Source: Phoronis australis
Lineage: Eukaryota > Animalia > Phoronida
Direction of reading: 5' to 3'
Assembly (NCBI GenBank): GCA_002633005.1
Contig: NMRA01000701.1
Coordinates: 131,583 to 195,582 of the forward strand
Length of the DNA stretch: 64,000 bases
Of this stretch, positions 36,201 to 46,949 are shown in pieces. Numbering within the stretch: the stretch's first letter is position 1; the number at the start of each line of letters is the position of its first letter. A program made the translations under genes and the position numbers. The notes under the pieces are model-generated. The model saw nothing but the letters and a program-made list of their open reading frames with translations. It was not told the origin of the DNA and did no database searches.

Positions 36201-39200
36201 TTTCCTCGTGACAGAGTAAACTTTCTCGGTCGTTCTCAGCATAATTCGCAAAATAAAGTGGATAAACCATAATATTGTAACTTTTATAAAGTTTCGAATG
36301 ACACTGTGAGCCATTCCCGGCTTCATTTTACAGAATTTGTAAAGTGAATACGTCACGAATAGTTCGACGTCACCAATTGTATACGTCAAATGCCGGTTTC
36401 ATATTGCGATTCTTTTGAACTAACACGAGTTGGTTTGTAAGGGTGGCGATTTGTCAGGTATGAAGTGAACAGTGACAAATTTGCATTTTTTTCTCTCCCT
36501 CGGTATTTTGAAAAATCATTTACAAAATCTCTGCCGAACGTGAATTCTGCTGGTTTGCCTTAGTTTTCGTGGTTCACAAAGCGTCTATGAAGAAAAGGAA
36601 AAATGCAACGTCTTGTAAGTCTTTATCCATCCAGGAAAGTTCATAGTCAAAGCAAAGATAAGGCTGATCGGGAGCAGCTCACTAGAGTACGGAAGTGCAC
36701 TATTCCGATGGTGCCCAAGAGCAAAGGCGCACTAGTCCTAAGTTGCACTAGTTGGATGGTCTACTAAAAAGGCGGAACCAAGCCATTAAAATGCAATTTT
36801 ATTTTTGTTGCCATTCTACGTCGTCCATTTCCAAAAGCAGTTATCCCAAAAATAATTTCGTTGCATGCTGTTTCCTCTTTTACACGTATACCTCATTTCC
36901 AAAGACTGTCATGAAATTCCGTCTGCATAAGACTTGGATGTCACATTAAAGTACTGTGCCAGCACAAGTATCGCTGCAGTGCAGTGTCAATTGTAGTCAC
37001 TTGCGCGGATGGGTTTGAGTATCACAGCTGCCAATCTACGTTACAGGATTTTGAGTTGGATTATATTCGATTTTGCGGCAGAATTGAGTCAATACGACGG
37101 TTACTTTAAAACGACTCGCACCGAGACCATAGCAATCAATTTGTTGCCAATTCACAGACAAGAAGTTTTCCTGCTCAACCACATTTACAAGAAAATTTAT
37201 CCCACTCTCGAATTGCCCAAAAACCGCTTACTTCAAAGGTGATAATGACTTACGGAGAGGTCTAACGTTTTGAGAAACATTTTTCTCCACTGAACTAACG
37301 ACAAACTGGTTTTCAAAATCCAAGACCCCGGTAAGTAACTATCACCAATTCAAAATTAGGGTTCAACACCCTCAAATTTGTGACATTCATGGAGTAAAAC
37401 ACACGTATCCCTTCACTTTCACTTGGTTGGTGGGTAAATTAGCAACCAGTCAGAACCAAACTGCAGAAGGGCCTGAGCTGTAACAACAAGGCTGGCACCA
37501 GAGGGATAAACCATGAAACACAAGCAATGGAATTCGCTAAATTAAAACGCTTATTTGTATAAGTAGTGCAAAACAGTCCATGTATATTATCTGAACAGAA
37601 AACTTTCAGGTTATGCATGGGCGGCGCAGAACTGAAAAAAGTGGGGGCTAAAGCCCCCTAAGCCCCCCTGTGGTGCACTGCATATAGACCATGTGCGGCG
37701 TACCACTGATAAAAGTGGGGGGCGCCCATGTTTCTCCAACATCCAAGTGCATTTGATAGACAAAAATGTATTGTGGTGTACTAGTGTTGGGAATGTACAC
37801 CTGTAGTTGTCAGGGACATATTGCGCATGCGCCTCAACATCAAATCCTGACTGAGATAATGAATGTGACAGCAGTAAGTTCCGTTTTAACAGTAACAGGT
37901 ACCGCATGTTTTTAAAACCAGAATACGGGTTCATTATTTCCTAAACGTGGCAAAACGGTTTTATCACTGCAGCTTGCTGAAGTTCACAGGCAATGACACA
38001 AACTCTGCTCTGCTTAGCTACAGTACAGCCACTGAATTTTTAGACTTCGTCCGGGCTACCTCACGCCTGGCCAGACCGGAGCGCAACCGGAACGCAGGCG
38101 CGACAGAAATCAGTCACGGTCGCCTCACGCCTACTCTCCGGGTAGTCCTCACGCTTACCTCCGGTTTAGTTATCGCCTTCCTCACGCCTCGTTCACGCTT
38201 TCTTCGCGCCTCCGTCACGCTTACCTCACGCTTTCTTCACGCCTTCGGTAGCTGTGGTAAACATGGTAGGGTACCGGGCTAATCAGTAAAAATACACGTA
38301 ACGCCTTGATTGCCTTTCGTTTCGGTCAAGTTGCAACGACATTATAGTATATTAGAGAGTATCTTTGCAAGCGGTCATCTATCACACTTGGGTTCCGACT
38401 AACTCTGTAATTCCACGTGTTGTTCATACAAACGTCTTCCTTCAGCTTGTCTTGTGTTACACTTACATGTACATTGTACATGTTCAATTTACGACTTAAG
38501 AGCAAGTCTCATCAACGACATACATGTACAGTAACCACGGTTAGTAAATACGAATAAACGCAACCCTGTGTCCAGAGTCATTTTTACATGGCTGTGGACT
38601 CCTTGAAACTTGTCACAGGTGGATACAGTTAATTCGCCCTAAAATAGCCTACGCATCTTGTGAAGTATTGTGTCACTCAGTAAATTTTTGCACCGCACTG
38701 GCGTACAGAAAATTTCAATAGACCGCCCTTCTGACATACCCACCCCTTACTGCAAGCAGATGTTTGACTTAAAAGTCCTGAATACATAGTGCAGTTCAAT
38801 TATTTGTAGCCCCCTCCCCGTAGTACATGCGTTTCGACTGAGTAAGCAGTATGCCCGGGGTACTTCTTCACAAAAATAATAATAGCGGTCATCTGTTTGA
38901 CTCGCCAAATGCATGGACGCGATCCGTTTTCTCCGCATGATGCCAGAACTTGGGATCAATTTGCTCAGAATTGACATGCTATGCTCCTTCATATGGTGAA
39001 GGCAATTGAATAATTCCGCCGTGTACACTCGTGTTAAGATTCTTTATTAGTTTATATAAAAAACAAATAATTATATATAAGTGAAAAGTAAAGTCCACAG
39101 GTCTGTTTCCTGAATTGACTTACGATTTGAGACGGAAATTTTGGTCTTTTATTGCACGTGACGATTTCAAAAAAAATTAAACCTCACATGAACAAAAGTC

Positions 39201-42200
39201 TGTGAGAATACACACATCGCTACTAGTTACTGATGTGATTTTAATAAATTACTTTTTCATCTGCGATGCAGGTAAACTCACTCCGGGTACAGTCACGCTT
39301 AGGCTCACGCCAGCTGTCACGGTTGATTCACGCCTCACTCTCCGGTCTGTCTCCGGTTACGGTCACGGGTGGCTAGACCGGAGAGACACCGGAGAGAGTC
39401 TAATAATTCAGTGGCTGTACTGTAGTGGAAAACAAAACAGACAACAAGATTGTAAGCTTCGAAGTTGTTTATACCTGTATCGATAGTGTAATTTTATAGA
39501 ATTAAGGTTAAAACACTGCGACGTTCAATTGGCAGTTTTTGAAAACATGCATTAGGCCTATCCTGTTACACCAATTACACGGCGTACGTTGTTTCAAGAT
39601 ATTTGAAAACCTGAAAGTTGATGAGATGTTGTTCTTCTTTATACCTGCGACCTTGTTGAACACTTTCGACCAAAGCAGTGATTGAATTTCAGTGGTACTA
39701 CCTTATGCAGTTGGTCTGGTGTAGTAATAATTGCAATATCGGCAAACTTGTCACATTCGGCTGCATCTCTCCAGTCGGTGAATACACAGTTGATAGGAAT
39801 GGAGTGCTGCGTTTTGAAATAATCTCTCGCAAGCTTCCGTGGTTCAGCAACTCCCACGATCTGTAAGTACAAACAAAATACAGGTCAACGTAGAGTTGAT
39901 TGATGAACTTAAATCGCAATTGTAACAGTGTTGGAAAATAAACCTGCAGATGACTTGCATTATTTAAATTTCCAATAATACTAGTTATACCGTTGTAGTC
40001 GGCCTCCGTTCAGTTGCGTACACGAGGAGAGACCAGACTACATTTCAACACGTAACTGCTCAGTGTCACAAGCAGAATTTTGCAGCGCAATCTAGTTATT
40101 TCTAATAATGCTTTTTATAAAAAGAATTAGCCGACATGGCGAGAAAACATATACCCGGTGCGCCTAGTCACGCAGACAAGAAGCGCGCTCCAAAACCAGG
40201 CTCACTATGATAGCTCCGTTAAATGGTTCGGCGTAGTTCTGTTCCAAGTTGTTCGAAAGGCGATGGAAAAATACGGACATTCAACTGTCTGTTTTTTACA
40301 ATTCTTAAGGACGTTGGGAAGCGTTGGGTAATTGCCATACGCCGCGACTAAGGAAAATATTTACGGGTAAAATTTATCAATGTTTTCGAAAGTTGGATCA
40401 CATTTTGTTGCATCTGAGTTGCCGAGCATCATAGCAACGACTGCTTACTCTTCCTCCAGCCAGGCTGTGTTTTCACGACTACGGGTTGAAACATGATGAA
40501 TTTGTTTCCAAAATGTACAAGGCCTTCAATCCCTTGATTTTGGGGCCCAATTTCGACCCTGTTTCCCACTCAAAATATTTAAAAATCGCTCGAAATTCCC
40601 CTCACGAGGCCTAACAATTCCACTAAAGTGATTGAAAATTTCCCCTCGAAGTTCAAATCACTTGTAACAACACAGGTGGCAATTTGAAAGAGCACAAAAT
40701 GCTACTTGAGACAGAGCCTATGAGAGCTTGCAACAAGGTGGGGGTGCTATTGATCGTAATCGGGAGGTAGAATTTCCTCCTCACTAAGCGAAAAAAAATC
40801 TGGGCCCCCTCAGAAGGCACAGGCACTTTGCCCTCAGATGAAAGAAGCCCCTGAAAGCACATGACAACATAATTATGCTTGGTCTGTTCAGTTAACTGAA
40901 ATTGACCTCTAAAACAAAATAGTCTATTTTTTCAGGTTTAAATGTTTTGAACGAACAACTTGAAACTAGGTGTTTTAATTTTAAAATTCAATTTGGGCCA
41001 GTTTGATATTTGAAACCTAACACATGAAATATATGTAAGAATTATTAAAACCAAACGGGCAAATAATTTTTATTTTCAATTACCAGCCTGTTTTTTTATT
41101 TGAATAAAAAATAATTTTAAAAACATCAATTATTCTTGCAGGTTAAAGACAAATCAACTGTCAGTCCCGGCAGTCCCTACATCACTACCAGGACCTAGGC
41201 TATGCTTAATGTTAACATTCTTGATCAACAAATTAAAACAGGTGTGACTTGCACATGACAACAAAATGCGATGAGCCAACACTTTCAAACATCTTCAAAT
41301 CGTCATAAATAGGAACAGATTACATGGTTTGTGTAGAAAGCATTTTATCAACAATTCACGAGTCGAAGAAACGTAGACCCGCATTCAGCATATATCTAAT
41401 CCGTAACACGATCGCCGCGTCTTGGTCATATCTATTTTTCATGTTTTGAATCTAGTTTTAAGAAAAAAAAACTTATTTTTTACCCTTTCGTCAGACAACT
41501 CTTTGGTTCATATACTTGTTCTCTAATGTATTCTTCTACGTCTCTGCGGTTAGTTATTGACAATTTTTTGAGATTTGATATCCAGGTTGGACTCGAAAGA
41601 CCAGCCATTTAACTCACGCACTGTCAACTTCCGTTTTGCTTATCGCGGTGAGCCTCGCTTTGTATTTTAATGTCCGCCCCGTGATGGTATTTTGTCTGCT
41701 TATTTTTGTCTTGTAGTGTAATACGTATTTGTAAACGTTTTGAACATGAACATGCACGTATATGGGAAACATGAAAACAATTTTCTGAGATTTTAAGTAA
41801 GGTAATGTAAATACATACATTTAAGGGCTTCCAGCGACATATTTCTCCGATAAGACACGTTTTCGTGTGATTTCCATGTATAAGAATTGACATATATTTT
41901 AAGGTTATGTAGGAGTAAAAATGTCTAAATCAGTGGCGGATTTAGGGTGTGGCCAAGGGGGCCATGCCCCCCATAATTCTCCCAGATTCCATTTGGCAGT
42001 TCAGGGGTGCGAATGTCTGGCTAATACTCTGCCCTGATCCCAAACTCAAATCCTGGAGCCGCCCCTGCAATTTAGCTAACGTCGGATTACCTCAGAAATG
42101 GCTGACGGATAGGATTCAAATGAAACATTCAGGTTTTATGCTTTACGCAATGTTCTCTTAAAGCGTCAAAAAACTGCTTTGAATGATTCTTTTTCGAAAG

Positions 42201-43143
42201 ATGATGGTTATCAAAAGTACAGAAATTTTATGAAAAAATCAAAATAACGCATGAAACGTAAATAATATGATAATTCACCCAACCTTAACAGTGTTTTTGT
42301 GATCCATCCTGAAGATTAGAATATGCATATTACTGGGTTCCTTTAAATGAGGGAAATATGAAGAGGGTGAAACGGTTGTACACTTACATCAAGGTACGGT
42401 TCTTCGGTTCCAAAAGGGATCGTCACATGACTTCATATTTTCATTTTGAAGATTAGTATATGTTCGAATGAAATTTGGTCAGTGTCGGTGCTATTGTTTT
42501 GTCATGGATTATTACCTTTCCTTTTTTCCAATATAGCTACATATGCTTAAGAAATGGCCATATGACCCAATGACAGGCTGGTATAAAGTCAAAAATCGAA
42601 ATCTCCAGGTTTTTTACTTTCAGAAAAAGTACTTTTACAGGGTTAGTCAAAAAATCTTTGCAAATATTTGGCTGAAGTCATATGTCCTTTGTGACAATAA
42701 TGTGACTATTTTATCTCTCACCCTGGTTTCTTCGGTCTTTGCTTATGATCTCAAAATCCTTAACTTCTGATAGTCACGTCATAGTGACGTTTCTGCTCCG
42801 ATGTGAGCTACTTCCCTGTGAGTGCGATTATCGTATGGTAATTACTATTTCACTAAAGCAACGTGATTTGCATAAGGAATTCTATGACTTTTGGTCTATT
42901 CCTAGTCACAGAGTGTAAAAAAAACACTGATGATGAGGCCGACATACAAGGCAGAGCCGAACAACTCCGACTCATGCTGGATGGCGATATATAATGCATT
43001 GCATTGAGCACCGATACTCACTAGATGAGAGTTACATTACTGAGTGTGCAATAACTTACCTTGAAGTCGGAGCATACTGAAGCATACTCTGCGTAGACGT
43101 TTCCTCTGTTTCCCGCACCTATTACAACAGCTGTCAGCGCCAT
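27095..43143 (-). CDS. Gfo/Idh/MocA family oxidoreductase (YteT-like), paralog 2, 419 aa
   Basis: Ten exons in frame: 43143-43060, 39860-39702, 34440-34381, 33047-32883, 30611-30426, 30229-30137, 28989-28855, 28585-28484, 27840-27676, 27205-27095. Exon lengths are identical to paralog 1 and the introns are still alignable to it. Confidence 0.92.
27676..27840 (-). CDS. Oxidoreductase paralog 2 exon 9
   Basis: [10 protein letters not shown]...[18 protein letters not shown]|gtaagt. Confidence 0.9.
28484..28585 (-). CDS. Oxidoreductase paralog 2 exon 8
   Basis: [34 protein letters not shown]. Confidence 0.9.
28855..28989 (-). CDS. Oxidoreductase paralog 2 exon 7
   Basis: GKTGFPNSV...[18 protein letters not shown]. 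Confidence 0.9.
29066..29660 (+). mobile_element. Degenerate THAP-domain DNA-transposon fragment; a second copy at 34655-35094 + 37731-37880
   Basis: Translation [25 protein letters not shown]...CSAHFEES shows the THAP F-P-D...W...CxxHF pattern. Confidence 0.75.
30137..30229 (-). CDS. Oxidoreductase paralog 2 exon 6
   Basis: [31 protein letters not shown]. Confidence 0.9.
30426..30611 (-). CDS. Oxidoreductase paralog 2 exon 5
   Basis: [16 protein letters not shown]...KCCHDID...FTKENK. Confidence 0.9.
31100..31507. mobile_element. TA-flanked pogo/Tc1-type MITE; a relative in the opposite orientation at ~57146-57586
   Basis: ta|ccgggattttccgtagataagcc...ggcttatttacggaaaatcccgt; internal sequence is shared with the 57.1-57.6 kb copy. 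Confidence 0.7.
32883..33047 (-). CDS. Oxidoreductase paralog 2 exon 4
   Basis: TNADDCKEI...IQLTDS|gtatgt. Confidence 0.9.
33507..33681. repeat. Minisatellite, 43-bp unit x4
   Basis: ttttcatgattatacagtgataggatggagatcatgattgtat; its core recurs at 33512, 33555, 33598 and 33641. Confidence 0.92.
34381..34440 (-). CDS. Oxidoreductase paralog 2 exon 3
   Basis: [20 protein letters not shown]|gtttgt. Confidence 0.88.
35095..37730. mobile_element. Composite hAT-like element: two CATGGGC-MITE units flanking ~2.1 kb of cargo; 5-bp TSD TTTCT
   Basis: TTTCT|CATGGGCTGCGCA...GGCGCCCATG|TTTCT. It splits a THAP-remnant repeat whose uninterrupted copy is at ~29066-29660. Confidence 0.85.
35589..36326 (-). 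CDS. Orphan intronless ORF, 245 aa from the first ATG (hydrophobic N-terminus, acidic low-complexity C-terminal half); cargo of a composite transposon
   Basis: Longest uninterrupted ORF in the window (801 nt from the TTG at 36389). No domain recognised. Nested in intron 2 of paralog 2, on the same strand. Confidence 0.5.
   Translation of the reverse strand: MKPGMAHSVIRNFIKVTILWFIHFILRIMLRTTEKVYSVTRKFPRIVSFGNKDASGTSAVNDEWSGDTSDASKTVHKAEADIKLMESYVRCVTDLCCLLVTASRRKKVNTVRKSTDLGGHITECEVECEVGNSTSIYKEDAKCERNTSEEVSRDSTENDEKIKQNVHENTGQTVEQKDPTDDPGVEGREVVQLNGRNKPGDVEYVQQEIIQSSSTTGSADEAYRFNRVKIPGEISIKAYSLKTRI
38021..39422. mobile_element. Non-autonomous Tc1/mariner-type element, TA TSD
   Basis: TA|CAGTACAGCCACTGAATT...AATTCAGTGGCTGTACTG|TA, with subterminal CTCACGC repeats. 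The empty site gcttagctagtggaaaac is present in paralog 1 (~20637-20654). Confidence 0.9.
39702..39860 (-). CDS. Oxidoreductase paralog 2 exon 2
   Basis: IVGVAEPRK...[10 protein letters not shown]. Confidence 0.9.
40223..40368 (+). mobile_element. THAP-domain remnant from a different transposon family
   Basis: [12 protein letters not shown]...[25 protein letters not shown], with an in-frame stop. Confidence 0.6.
41931..42067. mobile_element. Short hAT-like MITE
   Basis: cagtggcggatttag...ctggagccgcccctg with the internal palindrome gggggccatgccccc; TSD not clear. Confidence 0.6.
43060..43143 (-). CDS. Oxidoreductase paralog 2 exon 1
   Basis: [28 protein letters not shown]|gtaagt. Confidence 0.9.
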
Positions 43144-44089
43144 CTTGGTGTTATCGTTTGTAGACTCCTCACCTTTATGGATTGGAAACGACCGTTTTCC
43201 GCGAAGTGTGCGATTCCATCCTATCGATGAACACTTATACATACATGTAAGACCTTATGCTGGTATATAGTGTCGTACATGTAAGTAAGTATACAGTCTG
43301 TTTTTGAACAATATATAAATGAAAGTGTTCTGAGGAGCAACACTGGCCAAAATCAAATAAATATCTAAAGGTGAGGTCGACGACGAAACTAAGAACATCA
43401 ATGACCACGACCCCCAAAACACCTGCCACACCATCGTACAGTAAATGACAAACCATTAAATGTGCATTGACGAATCGTTCAATAAAAGACGGTCATCAAG
43501 TCAGAAAACCTCAGTCGGCGAGAAACCAATCACAAACTACAGTAGTTCGTAAGGATATCCATACAAGTACACAAAGTGTCGGCTTAAGAATCACGGTGAC
43601 GAAGCAGGCCCGTGGTTAGCATTACGCGGAGGTGGTTCTAATTTCTTGAACGGTGCACCTTTGATATTTTGACAACGTCGACACTATGGAGTTTTCAGTA
43701 AAACCCTTACTTGACGCAGATTAATTAGGGGGAAGGGAATCTGTATACACAACAATGACTCTCAGCGCTACGTTTCTGAGATGTGAAGGAATCAGTAATA
43801 CCAAAGATGAGGAGGCCGTGACGGTTGCTCGCAAAACACGGGACTCAAATTGCCATGTGATGTGGTCCAGGACCGTCTAGCATTACATCCTGCCAAACTT
43901 TCAAATCAGACGTGTTTAAAAGAGTGATTACACCTACTCGGACTGATACATTTAGTCGGAGAATGACTTGATTTTTTTAATTTCATGTTTTTGCGTGTTA
44001 CTTGAATTTCTTATGTTGTTGGAAATGGGAACACTAGCCCACTAGGCCTACTCCAAAGGTCCACTATTCCAACAGTTCTCTACTTCGAA

Positions 44090-45890
44090 GGTTCATTAGT
44101 GGGAATAGTTGAAATAGTTAAAATCTGCGTTCTTTGTATCTCAAGTTGTGAGCCTGGTGAGCCTTTTGTTGGCGTCATGTACGTTATCTGTCTGCCTGCA
44201 GGTGGCACAACGATTGGTGTGAATCGTTAAATTAGTTGAAATGCTCGTTAGGAGTCTCTAAAATTGTGAGCCTGTGGATGATGTCATGTACGTTATCTAG
44301 CTGTCCACAGGTGGCGCAGCGATTAGTAGTAATAGTTAAATTAGTTGAAATGCTTGTTTCTTAGTTAAAATGCGTGTTCTGTGTCTCTCAAGTTGTGAAC
44401 CTATTGCTCCCGCAAGCGGCGCCACGATTAGTGGGAATTATTCATGTTGGCCTACTTGGATTAGTTTAAATGCGAGTTTGGTGCGTCTACTGAGTTGAAG
44501 ACTTGAAGACGTCATATACATGTACGTTAAGTACCAGCCAACAGATGACGCAGTACGTGGTGAGTGTGAATGGTTAAATTAGTTGAAATACGTGCTTTGT
44601 GTCTCTAAAGTTGAGAACCTCTTGCTGACGTCTTATTCGATGGTAATCAGCCTACCGCAAGTGGCGCAGCGATTAGCGGTAATAGTTGAATTAGTTGAAA
44701 TGTATATGTTCTGTGTCTCTTAAGTAACCTGTTGCTAACGCCATGTACCTTATGTACCAGCCCACAGATGGCGTATCGATTTCTGTGAATAGTTGAATTA
44801 GTTGAAATGGGTGTTTTGTGTCTCTCAATTTGTGAGCCTGCTGCTGACGTCTTGTTTGTTATCAGCCTGCCGCCGCAGTTGGCGCAATGATTACTGGAAA
44901 TAGTTGAATTACTTGAAATTTGTGTTTGGTCTCTCTAAAATTGTGAGCCTAGTCAGTGTTCGGGACGTCATGTACGTTATCTACCTGCCCACAGGTGGCG
45001 CAGCGATTAGTAGGATTATTTTTATTCAATGTGTCACACAATTACACATTACAATAACTTTTTTGATTAGTCAAGATCAGTTAAGGTCAATTTACAGTGC
45101 TGATATGTGCAACGGTACGTTGTTAAAAAACAAGTAGAGGCTACGATTCATTCTTAATAAACAAAAAAGGTCAATACCTTGGCAGCGCTGCCAATAGTAG
45201 GAATAGTTAATTAGTTGAAAAGCGTGTTTTTCATGATTTGAATTGCGTGTTCTGTCACTCAAGTTGTGAGCCTGTTTCTGATATCATGTTTGTCAGCCTG
45301 CCCGTAGGTGGCGCTACGATAAGTGGGAATAGTTTAATTAGTTGAAATGCGTGTTTGGTGTCTCTAAAATTGCGAGTTTGTTGATGACGTTTTATGTACC
45401 TTATCTACCTGCCTGCAGGTGGCGCAACGATAAGTAAGACTAGTTCAATTACTTGAAATGCGTGTTCTACTTGATCTACCTCACTGTTTCTCTCAAGTTG
45501 AGAGCCTGCTGATGATGTCATGTACCTGATGTACCAGCCCAGAGATGGCGCAGCTATTAGTAGTGATAGTTGAAATGCGTGTTTTGTCTCTAAAGTTGAG
45601 AACCTGTTGCTGACGTCTTATTTGTTATCAGCCAGCCAGCAGGTGGTACCGGCAGCGATTAACGGGAATAGTTGAAATGTGTTCTGTGTCTCTCAAGTAT
45701 TGTATAGCTCAGTGTTGCTGCCATGTACCATATCTACCAGCCCACAGATGGCGTATTGATTAGTGGGAATAGTTGAAATAAATGGATGTTCTGTGTCTCT
45801 CATTAAGTTGTGAGGCAGTTGCTGAGGTCATGTTTGTTACTAACCTGCCGTTGCAGCTGGCGCAACGGTTACTGGGAATAGTTGAACTGT
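44090..45890. repeat. Diverged tandem array, ~110-bp unit x ~14, each unit with a CCACAGGTGGCGC-type core
   Basis: Approximate consensus attagtgggaatagttgaattagttgaaatgcgtgttctgtgtctctcaagttgtgagcctgttgctgacgtcatgtacgttatctacctgcccacaggtggcgcagcg; interrupted at ~45020-45190. Confidence 0.9.
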
Positions 45891-46832
45891 TGCTGGCTTG
45901 GAATATTTGAATTTGCTTGAAACCTCACCATGACATCTTAACTTTGTCTGTTCATGAAGTCAACATTTCATCTATGTAGTCCTTACAAACATGTTTTAAT
46001 AGCGCCTCCACTGCCAGCAAATGTAACAATGATAGAAAATGTAACATAGGGGCGCTGCAATCATTTGAACTAGTTTCCTACCAATCGATTAGTAGGTACC
46101 TTCCAAAGTTTCTGGCTGACACGACTCGTTGACGTCGGGGCACTGGGACTCCATCTAATATGCTATGCAAGTATAAGTGTCTGATCTGTGTGGCTGTATT
46201 TAATTAAAAAACAACAGTTGTCTCAAATAGACGTAATTTTATAATTCTGCGATTATCTGGACCCGTCACCATGTAGTCAGTTCTCTTGTGGTAGAGGCCT
46301 GCACATCTCCTGTCACAAAGATGAAAATGAAGTCATTTGCTTCGATTAGCACGAGCGCCACCTAACTTTTTTCCGCGCTACAATGGGTTCCTGTTGGGGT
46401 CGTCTGACATTAGTTAATGTCAGGAGTAAAAGACAGAGAAATGACAGCTTGATCAGTAATAACATGTCGAAGAGTCATTTGGCCAATTTTATTCCCACTT
46501 TAAGGATTATCACAGTTGTATCAAAAATATATCAGAATAACCCAGAATCATGATAAGTGCAAAATGGCTAATACTAAAATTAAATACATATTGATAAAAA
46601 GATAATAATAACAAAAATTTAAAACCTAACAAAACATTTGACCATCCAAACAGCAAGAAATTCAAAGAACAAAATTGTGAAGTCACTGGTAATTAAAAGC
46701 ATACAAATTTTATTATACATCAACAACTCACGCTTAAGAACACATTTGACCACTCAACCGAAGCTTCCAAAAAACCTCAAATTTCTGCATGAACGATCTT
46801 AGTAATCAAAAATTAGAATATGAAGCCAATTA

Positions 46833-46949
46833 CTACAATAACAAGTCAATGACTCTGTTCTCCAGGCGCGACCTTTCTGCTGCAAACACAATCAGATGAC
46901 TTTGTAGGGTTTGTGATGGTCCACTCAAAATCTTTTCTTGATCTTTGGC
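46833..46949 (-). CDS. Oxidoreductase paralog 3 exon 10
   Basis: [38 protein letters not shown]. Confidence 0.9.
   Translation of the reverse strand, partial: AKDQEKILSGPSQTLQSHLIVFAAERSRLENRVIDLLL

Noticed and set aside
44090-45890. CRISPR-like repeat-spacer array
   Set aside because: The whole ~110-bp unit is homologous between copies, so there are no unique spacers. The context is eukaryotic and no cas genes are present.
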